DNA from: Polyangia bacterium
GTDB taxonomy: Bacteria; Myxococcota_A; Polyangia; Fen-1088
Direction: 5' to 3'
Assembly: GCA_045802645.1 (NCBI GenBank)
Contig: JBJMQQ010000013.1
Location: 1,588-65,587 of the forward strand
DNA length: 64,000 nucleotides
The notes below the pieces were generated by a model. The model had not been told where the DNA came from, ran no database searches, and worked only from the letters and a program-made list of their open reading frames with translations. The position numbers were made by a program, and so were the translations under genes. The number at the start of each line of letters is the position of its first letter. The stretch's first letter is position 1. Shown here one piece after another: positions 43,110 through 51,801 of the stretch.

Positions 43110-44153
43110 ATGACGCCACCAACGCTGCCCGCCGTATCCGGGCCTGCCCCCTCGTACCCGGCCGTCGTCAGACCGACAGCGGGTGTCGCGCTTCCGACAC
43201 GCGTCCTGGCGTTCCTGGGCCCGGACTTCGGCCTGACCCTGGCGTTCCTGACGGCGCTGGCCACGCTGGTGGCCGCCTTCGGCACCTCGTTCGTCTGGGG
43301 GAAGGGCCCGATCCTCTGGGCTGGTGGAATCTTGACGGCGCTGGTGGTGATTGCGCTGCTCTCCCGGTTGCCGGCCATCCTCGGCGGCCAACCCGGCGCC
43401 TGGCGCGAGGTCGGCGCTGCCGCCCGCGTCGCGGCGCGCGACTGGGGGCCGTTCACCATCATCATGTGGGCGTTCGAGAGCATGGAGACGTACACGGGGG
43501 CGATCCGGAAGACGGGGATCGACGACGCGCTCTACCGCCTGGACCTGAGACTCTTCGGCATCGAGCCGACCGTCTGGGCCGGCGGCTTCCATCACCCCCT
43601 GCTCACCGACTGGATGTCGCTGTGTTATGGGCTCTACTTCGTGCTGCCGATGGCCGTGGCCGCCGCCCTGTCGCTACGCGGCCGGCGGCGCGACCTGCGC
43701 GAGCTCTCGACCGCCGTCATCCTTCAGATGGGGCTCGGTTTCCTGCTGTTCCTGCTGTTCCCCGCCGGACCGCCCCGCTTTTACCCGCCGCTGCTCGCCG
43801 GCGTGTTCCAGCCGGTCCACCTTCGGTCCTGGACCGGCCTTTATGAAATGCAGCAGACCGTCTTCGACGCGGTCGATCCGCTGCGGGTGCGCTCGGCCTT
43901 CCCGTCGCTGCACTGCTCGATCGGCTTGCTGACCCTGTTCTATTCCTGGCGCTTCGGGGACGCGCTGTTCCCGCGGCACCGCCGCCTGTATTTCTGGATC
44001 TGCTTACCGCTGGTCGTCAGCCTGTGGCTCTCGACCGTCTACCTGCGCCACCACTGGATCCCCGACATTGCCGCCGGGCTGCTGCTGGGGCTGGTCTCGG
44101 CGACGCTGGCGCCTCGCCTGCGCCGCGCCTGGCCGGTGCTCCCCTCTGCCTGA
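43110..44153 (+). CDS. PAP2-superfamily integral membrane protein (lipid phosphatase or inositol-phosphotransferase-like)
   Basis: Multi-TM protein. PAP2 C2/C3-like motifs SAFPSLHCS and YLRHHWIPD. Confidence 0.8.
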   Translation: MTPPTLPAVSGPAPSYPAVVRPTAGVALPTRVLAFLGPDFGLTLAFLTALATLVAAFGTSFVWGKGPILWAGGILTALVVIALLSRLPAILGGQPGAWREVGAAARVAARDWGPFTIIMWAFESMETYTGAIRKTGIDDALYRLDLRLFGIEPTVWAGGFHHPLLTDWMSLCYGLYFVLPMAVAAALSLRGRRRDLRELSTAVILQMGLGFLLFLLFPAGPPRFYPPLLAGVFQPVHLRSWTGLYEMQQTVFDAVDPLRVRSAFPSLHCSIGLLTLFYSWRFGDALFPRHRRLYFWICLPLVVSLWLSTVYLRHHWIPDIAAGLLLGLVSATLAPRLRRAWPVLPSA

Positions 44154-46556
44154 CGACAGCGCCGGCGCGACCAGCAGGGCGGCGGCGAGGCAGGTGATCT
44201 CACCGAGCATCGCCGCGACGCCGAAGCTGCGGATCCCGCGGTTCGCCGAGAACCACAGCGACCCGTACCCGACGACCGTCGTGTAGGAGCAGAGCGCCAC
44301 GGCGGATGCCGTGTGGACGCCCTCGCTCCGCGCACCGCGCACGGCGGCGTCGGCGCGCGCGCGGCTGATGATGTTCACCGCGTAGTCGACGCCGATCCCG
44401 ATCGTGATCGGCAGGGCCACGAAATCCAGGAAGTTCACCTTCAGGTGGAGCACCGAGGCGATCAGCAGCAGGGCCAGGGTGCCCAGCGCGCAGCAGAACA
44501 GCGTGGACATCGCCGCCGCCGTCGGTCCCAGCAGCAGCAGCACCACGATGACGGCCCCGACCGCCGCCACCGCCGTCGCGCGCGGGCCGTCGCGCTCCAT
44601 CGCGTCCAGCATGTCGCTGAACACGAAGGCGGTGCCGCCGATGAGGACGTCGCCCGGCAGCCCCAGGCCGCGGACGGCGTGGGCGAACCGGCGCAGGTCG
44701 TTCGTGTTCCAGGAATTGATGCCGAGGCCGTTGTTGGCCAGCACGATCCGCCCGCGGCTGCCGTCGCGCTCGACGTACGGCCAGGCCAGGTCCGCCGGGA
44801 CGTCCGCGTCACCCAGCGCGCGCAAGCCCTCGGGCGGGCGCGCGTCTTCCAGCTGTTTCCGCTCGTCCGCGGTCAGCGCGTCTGGGTGGCGGAGCTGGCG
44901 GTCGACCAGGTGTCGGATCTCGGACAGCACCTGGAGCTTCTCGTCCTGGTCGGCGGGCAGGCGGTCGTCGATCGAGCTGATGCGGCTGAAGAGGCGCGCC
45001 CGCTCCGGCTTGCCCGCGTCCGTCGCGCGTAGCCGGGCGACCAGCGGCTCGACCTCGGCGCGGCGCGCGACCGCCAGCGCGAACCCGCCGGAGATCCCGT
45101 GGCCGAACGCGTGGTCGAACTTGTCCATCCAGGCGCCCGAGCGGTCCATCTCGGCGCTGGTGCTCGCCAGGTTCTGCAGGTTTGTCTCCAGCGGGTCATG
45201 CGCCAGGTAGCGCCAGGCGCCTGCCGCGCAGACCACGAAAAGGACGGCCGCCACCGGGACGATGACCCGGCGGTTGCGCGGCAGCAGCCGCTCGAAGCGC
45301 GCCACGGCGGCCGGCGCCGGCCGGACCTTCACCCAGCCGCGGCGTTCGAGCAGGGCCAGGGCCGCCGGCAGCACGGTGTAGGCGGAGATCCAGCAGCACA
45401 GCATTCCGACGCCACCGATGATCCCGAAGTCGCGAAACCCGCGAAACGGGGTGACGGCCAGGGACAGGTATGCCGTGCCGGCCGTGGCCGCCGCGGCGGC
45501 GGTGGGACGAAGCGTGCCGGCGACCGCCAGCGCGCGCGCCGCGACCGGGCTGTGTCCGGCCCGCCGCTCTTCCAGGTACCGGCCAAGCAGGATGATTCCG
45601 AAGTTGATGCCGTTGCCGACGACGATCGACGACAGGAACGCGCTGGCGATGTTGAGATGGCCGATCGTGAGGTCCGTGACGGCAAAGGCGACCAGCGCGC
45701 CCACGGTCAGTGACCAGCCGAGCGCCAGGACCGCCGCGCCCGAGCGGAAGTAGAGCAGCATGCCGACCAGCACCGCCACGACCGTCAGCAGCGTCGCGAT
45801 GGCCATGCCGCGGACCAGGCCGTTCTGCTCGGCCAGCGCCCGGACGACGTCACCAGCGACGCCGAACCGGACCGACGGCCCCGATTCGTGCGCGGTCGCG
45901 TCGACGGCGCCGCCCAGCGCCGCCGCCAGCCGGCCGCCGCGGTCCAGATCGCCGCCGTTGAAGTCGGCCCGCACGATGATCAGCTGCAACCGGCCGTCGG
46001 CCGAGACCAGCGGCTGGGGGTGACCCGCCTTGGCGCGCGCCTCGTCGAGGCGCCGCCGGAGCGCGTCCAGCGAATCGCCGTTGGCACGGTCGTCGCTGCC
46101 CTTGGCCGGTTCGTCCAGCGGCACGTAGAGCGGGTTCTCTTTCATCGCCCGCTCGTGCAGGGCGTCTCGCGCCGCCGTCAGGTCATCCAGCGACGCGAAC
46201 AGGAACCGGTTGTCCCAGGTGTACTGGCGCAGGACGCCGTCGTCCGCGGTGATGCCGGCTATCCCCAGCGCTCGCGCGTCCAGCGCCCGGATTCGCCGCA
46301 ACAGCGCCTCCCCGGCCCGGTTGCGCGCGGCGGGGTCGGCGCTCTCGACGCCAATCATGAAGGTGGCCGCCACGCGCGCCCGCTTCTCGATCGCGCGTAG
46401 CTGCTGGACGGAGGGCGTCGACTCCGGCAGCAGGTACGACAGATCGCTCTTGATCGGCAGCCGGCTGGTGAGGGCGGCCGCCACGATCGCCACCAGCGCC
46501 GCCGCGACCAGAACGGCTCGATCGCGCCCGGCCTGGCTCATGGATGAAGATTTCAT
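44004..46556 (-). CDS. MMPL-family RND-type membrane transporter (putative lipid exporter)
   Basis: Two 6-TM bundles with periplasmic loops typical of MMPL/HpnN-like transporters. Start ATGA-coupled to the upstream GT4. The low-complexity C-terminal tail overlaps the PAP2 gene antisense. Confidence 0.85.
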   Translation of the reverse strand: MKSSSMSQAGRDRAVLVAAALVAIVAAALTSRLPIKSDLSYLLPESTPSVQQLRAIEKRARVAATFMIGVESADPAARNRAGEALLRRIRALDARALGIAGITADDGVLRQYTWDNRFLFASLDDLTAARDALHERAMKENPLYVPLDEPAKGSDDRANGDSLDALRRRLDEARAKAGHPQPLVSADGRLQLIIVRADFNGGDLDRGGRLAAALGGAVDATAHESGPSVRFGVAGDVVRALAEQNGLVRGMAIATLLTVVAVLVGMLLYFRSGAAVLALGWSLTVGALVAFAVTDLTIGHLNIASAFLSSIVVGNGINFGIILLGRYLEERRAGHSPVAARALAVAGTLRPTAAAAATAGTAYLSLAVTPFRGFRDFGIIGGVGMLCCWISAYTVLPAALALLERRGWVKVRPAPAAVARFERLLPRNRRVIVPVAAVLFVVCAAGAWRYLAHDPLETNLQNLASTSAEMDRSGAWMDKFDHAFGHGISGGFALAVARRAEVEPLVARLRATDAGKPERARLFSRISSIDDRLPADQDEKLQVLSEIRHLVDRQLRHPDALTADERKQLEDARPPEGLRALGDADVPADLAWPYVERDGSRGRIVLANNGLGINSWNTNDLRRFAHAVRGLGLPGDVLIGGTAFVFSDMLDAMERDGPRATAVAAVGAVIVVLLLLGPTAAAMSTLFCCALGTLALLLIASVLHLKVNFLDFVALPITIGIGVDYAVNIISRARADAAVRGARSEGVHTASAVALCSYTTVVGYGSLWFSANRGIRSFGVAAMLGEITCLAAALLVAPALSSGRGEHRPGAAQARRQRRRDQPQQQPGGNVGDPVVAQVDGREPQADDQR

Positions 46557-47752
46557 GCGTGCTGGCGGAGCGGCGCTTCACCCAGCGGAGTCGTCGCCGG
46601 TGCCCCCAGCCGAACGTAAAGGTCCAGGACCTGCTGCGCGACGGCGGGCCAGTCGAACTGCGCGGCGGTGGCACGCCCCGCAGCGGCGCACCGACGCCGC
46701 AGTGTGGCGTCCTGCAGCAGGCGAGTCGTTTGCGCGGCCAGCGTCGCGCAGTCCGGGTCCGCCGCGACGTCCACCATGAACCCCTGCTGGCCGTCCCGCA
46801 TGACGGTCCGAAAACCCGGCGTGTCCGCCGCCACGATCGCGCAGCCGGCCGCCATCGCCTCCAGCAAGATGATCCCGAAGGTGCCGCCGAGGGCCGGACA
46901 CAAGAGGACGTCCGCCGACGCGTAGTACGACGGCCGCTCGGGCCCCGGCACGAACCCCACGAAGTGCGCGTCCGCGCGGAGATCCGCCGGGATGAGGCTC
47001 TCGTACGCCGGGCGCAGCGGGCCGTCGCCGACCAGGACCAGGCGCGCGTCAGTCCCGCCCCGTCGTACGCGCACCCAGGCCCGAATGACGCGGTCGACGC
47101 CGTTCCGCGGATCGAAGCGCCCGACGTGCAGGACGTTCAGGCGGCCGTCGTCCAGCTCGGGTCGGCGGCGGCCCGCCGCGAACTCCGCGACGTCCACGCC
47201 GTTCGGGATGACATGCCAGGGCGCCCGGAAGGTGCGTTTGAGGTCGACCAGCGCCGTCTCCGAAACACCAATCGCCGCGTCCAGCCGGTCGGCGTAGCGC
47301 TGCAGCGACCCGCGCAGCGCCCCATAAAGGATGCTGCGACCGACGACGCTGTGAAACGTCCCGACCGTCAGCGCGGACGACTGCCGCAAGAACAGCAGCG
47401 GCAGCGTGGGCATCAGCGGCGAGTGCAGGTGGACCACGTCGAACTGCTCGCTGCGCAGGAGCTTGGCGACCTGCGCCGACAGCCCTGGCCCAGACGATAC
47501 CCGCGCGACCGACCCGCCCGAGAACACCGGGATCGAGCGCCCCAGCCGGATCACCCCGTTCTCCCGATCGAGGCGCGCCGCGGCGGCTTCGGTCGCCGCG
47601 CCGTCCAGGGAGGCCAGCGTGTCGCTCACGACCGGCGTGATGATGCGGACGTCGTGACCCAGCAGCCGGGCAGCCCGCACGAAGTGGTGCACGTGCTCCT
47701 GAATGCCGCCCAGGGTGGGGTAGTAGTACTCAGTGACGATCCCGATCTTCAT
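46553..47752 (-). CDS. GT4 glycosyltransferase, PimA-like
   Basis: MKIGIVTEYYYPTLGGIQEHVHHF (PimA-like N-terminus), FDVVHLHSP, C-terminal EAMAAGCAIVAADTPGF. Confidence 0.85.
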   Translation of the reverse strand: MKIGIVTEYYYPTLGGIQEHVHHFVRAARLLGHDVRIITPVVSDTLASLDGAATEAAAARLDRENGVIRLGRSIPVFSGGSVARVSSGPGLSAQVAKLLRSEQFDVVHLHSPLMPTLPLLFLRQSSALTVGTFHSVVGRSILYGALRGSLQRYADRLDAAIGVSETALVDLKRTFRAPWHVIPNGVDVAEFAAGRRRPELDDGRLNVLHVGRFDPRNGVDRVIRAWVRVRRGGTDARLVLVGDGPLRPAYESLIPADLRADAHFVGFVPGPERPSYYASADVLLCPALGGTFGIILLEAMAAGCAIVAADTPGFRTVMRDGQQGFMVDVAADPDCATLAAQTTRLLQDATLRRRCAAAGRATAAQFDWPAVAQQVLDLYVRLGAPATTPLGEAPLRQHA

Positions 47753-47923
47753 GTTTGGCGTGTACCTCGATAGACACTGGAACGTAGGTGCGAACCGCAT
47801 GCCGTCGAGGCCAGCCCATGGATGACCGGCCATTTGGTGTCCGCACCTGTCGGACTTTCGGCAGGGTGACGAACTTCCGGCAGGGCCGTGACGACTCGGG
47901 GGTAAGTCGCGGTCTGCGGCTTT

Positions 47924-47935
47924 GGGCAATTGCCC
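47924..47935. promoter_or_regulatory. Perfect 12-bp palindrome GGGCAATTGCCC plus downstream GGCAATT half-site repeat
   Basis: It lies in the 442-nt divergent intergenic region between the GT4 and CDP-alcohol phosphatidyltransferase genes. GGCAATT recurs at 47945-47951. Confidence 0.4.
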
Positions 47936-47991
47936 GCTGCTTGCGGCAATTCCTGACTTGCCCGGCGTGAGGCGCTCCTCAGATTGCTGGA

Positions 47992-48007
47992 TGGCCTCGG
48001 CGTTGCA
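47992..48007 (+). promoter_or_regulatory. Sigma-54 promoter-like element TGGCCTCGGCGTTGCA
   Basis: -24 TGGC at 47992-95 and -12 TTGCA at 48003-07 with exact spacing. Oriented toward the small ORF and the CDP-alcohol phosphatidyltransferase gene. Confidence 0.45.
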
Positions 48008-48033
48008 CTTGGATGGCTGGCAGGCGGGCAGGC

Positions 48034-48198
48034 ATGAACAACGACGGCCACAAAAACTTCTTCCAGCAGGTGCGCATGATCGTAGGTATCGGGCGTGTCA
48101 ACGCGCGCGCTTACGCAGCGGTGCTCGGCACCATCTTGCGCGAGCGCCTGTGGCGGGTTCCCGTGCGCGGCACCCGCGCGGCAGGGAGCACCCGATGA
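48034..48198 (+). CDS. Possible small upstream ORF (54 aa) translationally coupled (ATGA) to the CDP-alcohol phosphatidyltransferase gene
   Basis: ATG 48034, high GC3 consistent with the host. Its stop overlaps ATG 48195. No homology assessable. Confidence 0.3.
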   Translation: MNNDGHKNFFQQVRMIVGIGRVNARAYAAVLGTILRERLWRVPVRGTRAAGSTR

Positions 48199-48995
48199 CT
48201 CCCGCGGCGGGCGCGGCGCGCGATCTGCCGTTCCTCATCACGATGTTCGCGCTGTTCGCGGTGCCGTTCCTGGTGCACGCGGTTCGGGTGTGGCGCGGCA
48301 CCGTGCGGTTGCCGGCGGCCGGCCCGGCGGGCGCCGGCGGACGGCTCTTCGGGCCGCTGTTCATCAGCTACTACTACTGGATGATGCGGCCCGTCATCCG
48401 CGGCCTGGCCCGCACGCGGGTGACGCCCAACCAGGTGACGATGCTGACGCTGGTCATCGCGGCCGGCGCGGCCGTCGCGATCGCGACCGGGCACTTCGCG
48501 TGGGGTTCCGCGCTGGTGATCGGCGGCGGCACGCTGGACATCGTCGACGGGCACCTCGCGCGCACGAAGAACATGGCGACGGCGGAGGGGGCCTTCCTCG
48601 ATTCGACGATCGACCGCATCTGTGACGGGCTCATCTTCGGCGGTTGCGTGGTCTATTACGCGGGCACGCCGTTCATGTACGTGGCGCTGGCCGTCCTGGT
48701 CCTGTCGTTCACCGTCAGCTACGCCCGCACCCGCGGCGAGCTGTTCGGTGTCACGGGCACACAAGGGCTGATGCAGCGGGCGGACCGGATCGCGGTGCTG
48801 GGCATCTCGATGGCGCTGTCGTCGTTCTTCGCGCATCGCGCCGAAGGGCTGGTGCCGCACCCGATCTACGCGGTGACCGCGGGCGGGCTGTGCCTGATGG
48901 CGGTGTTGAACGCCGTCACGGCGTGCCGCCGGATCGTCTGGACCGTCCAGCAACTCCGGCGCCGCGGCGCCGCCCCGGTGCGGGCCCGGGGATGA
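48195..48995 (+). CDS. CDP-alcohol phosphatidyltransferase family protein (phosphatidylinositol-phosphate synthase-like)
   Basis: Signature DG-x2-AR-x8-G-x3-D-x3-D present as DIVDGHLARTKNMATAEGAFLDSTIDRICD. Six predicted TM helices. Confidence 0.88.
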   Translation: MTPAAGAARDLPFLITMFALFAVPFLVHAVRVWRGTVRLPAAGPAGAGGRLFGPLFISYYYWMMRPVIRGLARTRVTPNQVTMLTLVIAAGAAVAIATGHFAWGSALVIGGGTLDIVDGHLARTKNMATAEGAFLDSTIDRICDGLIFGGCVVYYAGTPFMYVALAVLVLSFTVSYARTRGELFGVTGTQGLMQRADRIAVLGISMALSSFFAHRAEGLVPHPIYAVTAGGLCLMAVLNAVTACRRIVWTVQQLRRRGAAPVRARG

Positions 48996-50092
48996 GGGCG
49001 ACGACCCGGCGCGCCGCCTCGCTGGCGGCGCGCATTGCCGTGGTCGTGGGGGCGCTCTGGTTCGTCCTGCGGGGTGTCAACGGCGCCGTCGTCGGCGCGA
49101 CCCTGCGCCACGCGCGCCCGTGGCCGCTGGTCGCCGTGGTGGCGCTGAACGCGCTGGTGATGGGCGTGCGAGCCGTGCGCCTGCGCCTGCTGCTGGGCGG
49201 GGCGGCCGGGCTGCTGGCGTGCTGGCTGGCGAAGCTGACGGCCTCGGCCATGAACAACGTCATTCCGCTGCGCGGCGGCGACATGGCTCGCCTCTGGATG
49301 CTGCAGCGGCACGCGCACATCTCGAAGACCGGGGCCGCCGCCATCGCCGTCGTCGAGGGGCTGTTCGACATGGCGACGCTGGGCGCGCTGGCGCTGGTTG
49401 CCGCCGCCGGGCTGCGGACGCAGCACTGGGCCGTGGGGGTGGCGGTGGTGGTCGGCCCGGGCGCGGCCGTGCTGATCGGGCTTTCGCGCCGGCTGGCCCG
49501 GCGGCCCCGCACCAGCGCCCAGCAGACCGGCCGCTGGCGGCGGGCGTTCGTCCGGGTGGCGGCGCGCATCGAGCCGGGCGTCCGCGCGTTGCGGCAGCCC
49601 GGCGTCATTCCCCGGGTCGCGGCGACGTCCCTGCTGTCGTGGGCGGTGGAGCTCTGCATGGTCGTCGTGTGCGCCCGCGCGGTCCACCTGCCGATCGGCC
49701 CGCGCCTGGCGGCCGTCGTCTTGCTGGCGATCAACGTCGCGATGGCGGTGCCGTCGTCACCGGCGGGCGCGGGCGCCTTCGAGGGCGCCGTCGTCGTGGT
49801 GCTGACCCTGGCGGGCATCGGGAAGTCGCCGGCGCTCGCCTTCGCGCTGCTCTATCACCTGGCTCAGGTCGTGCCGGTGACCATCGCCGGGACGCTGGTC
49901 GTCTGGCGTGCCGGCCTCACGCTGGACCGGCTGCCCGCCGATCCAGGCGATCGCGTTGACGGAGCTGGGCTTTGCCTAGCGGAGTCGTCGCGGGAGGTCC
50001 AAGGAACCCTCCCAGGGTTCCTGCCTGATCGAGATCAGCCGGTGACCAGCGCCATGGCCAGGCCGTCCCAGCCCTTGAGGCCGACGGTTTGA
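48992..50092 (+). CDS. UPF0104 / lysyl-phosphatidylglycerol-synthase-TM-like (flippase-like) membrane protein
   Basis: ATGA-coupled to the upstream gene. 8 predicted TM helices with an MprF-N-terminal-like pattern. The tail overlaps the convergent O-methyltransferase gene. Confidence 0.7.
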   Translation: MRATTRRAASLAARIAVVVGALWFVLRGVNGAVVGATLRHARPWPLVAVVALNALVMGVRAVRLRLLLGGAAGLLACWLAKLTASAMNNVIPLRGGDMARLWMLQRHAHISKTGAAAIAVVEGLFDMATLGALALVAAAGLRTQHWAVGVAVVVGPGAAVLIGLSRRLARRPRTSAQQTGRWRRAFVRVAARIEPGVRALRQPGVIPRVAATSLLSWAVELCMVVVCARAVHLPIGPRLAAVVLLAINVAMAVPSSPAGAGAFEGAVVVVLTLAGIGKSPALAFALLYHLAQVVPVTIAGTLVVWRAGLTLDRLPADPGDRVDGAGLCLAESSREVQGTLPGFLPDRDQPVTSAMARPSQPLRPTV

Positions 50093-50703
50093 ATCGCCGT
50101 CGCGTCGACGCGGGGCTCGTCGTGGAGGCGGTCGAACAGCTTGCGCGTGCCGACGATGGCGGGATCGCTGCTGCGCCCGTCCGTGATCGCGCCGTGGCGG
50201 ACGACGTTGTCGATCAGGATCAGGCTGCCGGGGCGCGACAGGGCCAGCGCCGCGTCGAAGTAGGCGGCGTTGTTCTGCTTGTCCGCGTCGATGAACGTCA
50301 GGTCGAACGGGGGCTGCTTCTCGGCGGCCAGCCGGGCCAGCGTGTCCAGCGCGGGCCCGATGCGGATCTCGACCCTGTCGCGGAGTCCGGCGCGGGCGAG
50401 ATTCTTCTCAGCGACCTGCGCGTGCTTCGGGTCGACCTCCAGCGTCACCAGGCGGCCGTCGGGCGGCAGCGCACGGCCCAGCCAGATGGCGCTGTACCCA
50501 CCCAGGGTCCCGACCTCCAGAATCCGGCGCGCCCCGCGCACACGCGCCAGGAGGTTCAGCAGCTTGCCCTGATTGGGGGCGACCGCGATGGCCGGCAGCC
50601 CGGCCGCCGCGCTGTCGGCCAGGGCCGCCTGCAGCGCCGGATCGCGCTCGACCAGCCGTTCGTTCAGGTACTCGTCGACGGAATTCCAGGCGTGTTCGCT
50701 CAT
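50035..50703 (-). CDS. Class I SAM-dependent O-methyltransferase (caffeoyl-CoA OMT family)
   Basis: WNSVDEYL start typical of the family. SAM motif ILEVGTLGGYSAIW. Likely true start is ATG 50703. Confidence 0.85.
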   Translation of the reverse strand: MSEHAWNSVDEYLNERLVERDPALQAALADSAAAGLPAIAVAPNQGKLLNLLARVRGARRILEVGTLGGYSAIWLGRALPPDGRLVTLEVDPKHAQVAEKNLARAGLRDRVEIRIGPALDTLARLAAEKQPPFDLTFIDADKQNNAAYFDAALALSRPGSLILIDNVVRHGAITDGRSSDPAIVGTRKLFDRLHDEPRVDATAIQTVGLKGWDGLAMALVTG

Positions 50704-50795
50704 GGTCGGGGCGAAATATACCGCCGCGTCAAGGACCTGCCGGAAGAACCTCCCCAACTTCGCAAGTAAAATTCCCTCCGCCGACGCGATTGTGA

Positions 50796-50811
50796 CCAAG
50801 TCATGACTTGG
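50796..50811. promoter_or_regulatory. Perfect 16-bp palindrome CCAAGTCATGACTTGG upstream of desaturase gene
   Basis: 30 nt upstream of ATG 50841 in a 137-nt divergent intergenic region. Flanked by GTGAC...GTCAC and two GGCCTG repeats. Confidence 0.5.
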
Positions 50812-50840
50812 CCTGACACGAGGCCTGTCACCTTGGAAAC

Positions 50841-51773
50841 ATGCATGTCGTCCCTGCGCCCGCTGCGACGGTCACGTCGCCCGCGCCCGCAACCGAAACC
50901 GCAGCCTCCCCATCCCGATTCGCCAAGCTTGCCGGCTACGTGCGCGTCACGTCCCTGGCTTTTTGGGGCGTCCACGTGGCCGCCGTCGTCGGCATCATCG
51001 TCGGCGGATGGTCCTGGTCGGGCGTCGCGCTGGCCCTGGGCACCTACTACGTCCGTATGATCGTGGTGACCGCCGGGTACCACCGCTACTTCGCCCATCG
51101 CGCCTTCAAGACCTCGCGCTGGTTCCAGTTCGTGCTGGCCGTCGCCGCACAGACCGCCGCCCAGAAGGGCGTGCTCTGGTGGTCGAGCCACCACCGCTGG
51201 CACCACAAGTATTCGGACACGCCGAAGGACATCCACTCGGCGAAGCTGCGCGGGTTTTGGTACTCGCACATCGGGTGGGTCATGGCGCCCAACTGGGAAG
51301 AGACCGACCAGAGCCTGGTCGGCGACCTGGCGAAGTTCCCGGAGCTCCGGCTCCTCGACCGCGCGGGCTGGAACATTCTTCCGACCGTGCTGCTGGCCCT
51401 CGGCCTCTTGATCTTCGGCGGCGGCCACCTGCTGGTCTGGGGATATTTCGTCCCGACGGTTCTGCTGTGGCACGGGTCGTTCTCGATCAACTCGCTGGCG
51501 CACCTCATCGGCCGGCGCCGCTACGCCACGTCGGATGACTCACGCAACAGCTTCATGCTGGCGCTGCTGACGACCGGCGAAGGCTGGCACAACAATCACC
51601 ACCACTATCAGAGCTCGGCCAACCAGGGCTTCCGGTGGTGGGAGGTCGACGTGACCTTCTATGTCCTGCGCCTGCTCTCGATGACGGGCCTCATCTGGGA
51701 CCTGCGCCGCCCGCCGGCGCACGTGATGGCCGCCGACGGCTCAGCCGACGACGGCGCCCGCGCCGCGGCGTAA
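50841..51773 (+). CDS. Acyl-CoA (delta-9-type) fatty-acid desaturase, membrane-bound
   Basis: Three His boxes HRYFAH, HRWHH, HNNHHHY. Confidence 0.9.
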   Translation: MHVVPAPAATVTSPAPATETAASPSRFAKLAGYVRVTSLAFWGVHVAAVVGIIVGGWSWSGVALALGTYYVRMIVVTAGYHRYFAHRAFKTSRWFQFVLAVAAQTAAQKGVLWWSSHHRWHHKYSDTPKDIHSAKLRGFWYSHIGWVMAPNWEETDQSLVGDLAKFPELRLLDRAGWNILPTVLLALGLLIFGGGHLLVWGYFVPTVLLWHGSFSINSLAHLIGRRRYATSDDSRNSFMLALLTTGEGWHNNHHHYQSSANQGFRWWEVDVTFYVLRLLSMTGLIWDLRRPPAHVMAADGSADDGARAAA

Positions 51774-51801
51774 CGGCCCGGACTTCTGGCAAAATAGGGG
51801 C

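Noticed and set aside
46553-47929. N-terminal 59-codon extension of GT4 ORF (47929 start)
   Set aside because: The extension is Arg/Pro-rich with no SD. The PimA-like fold begins at MKIGIV (ATG 47752).
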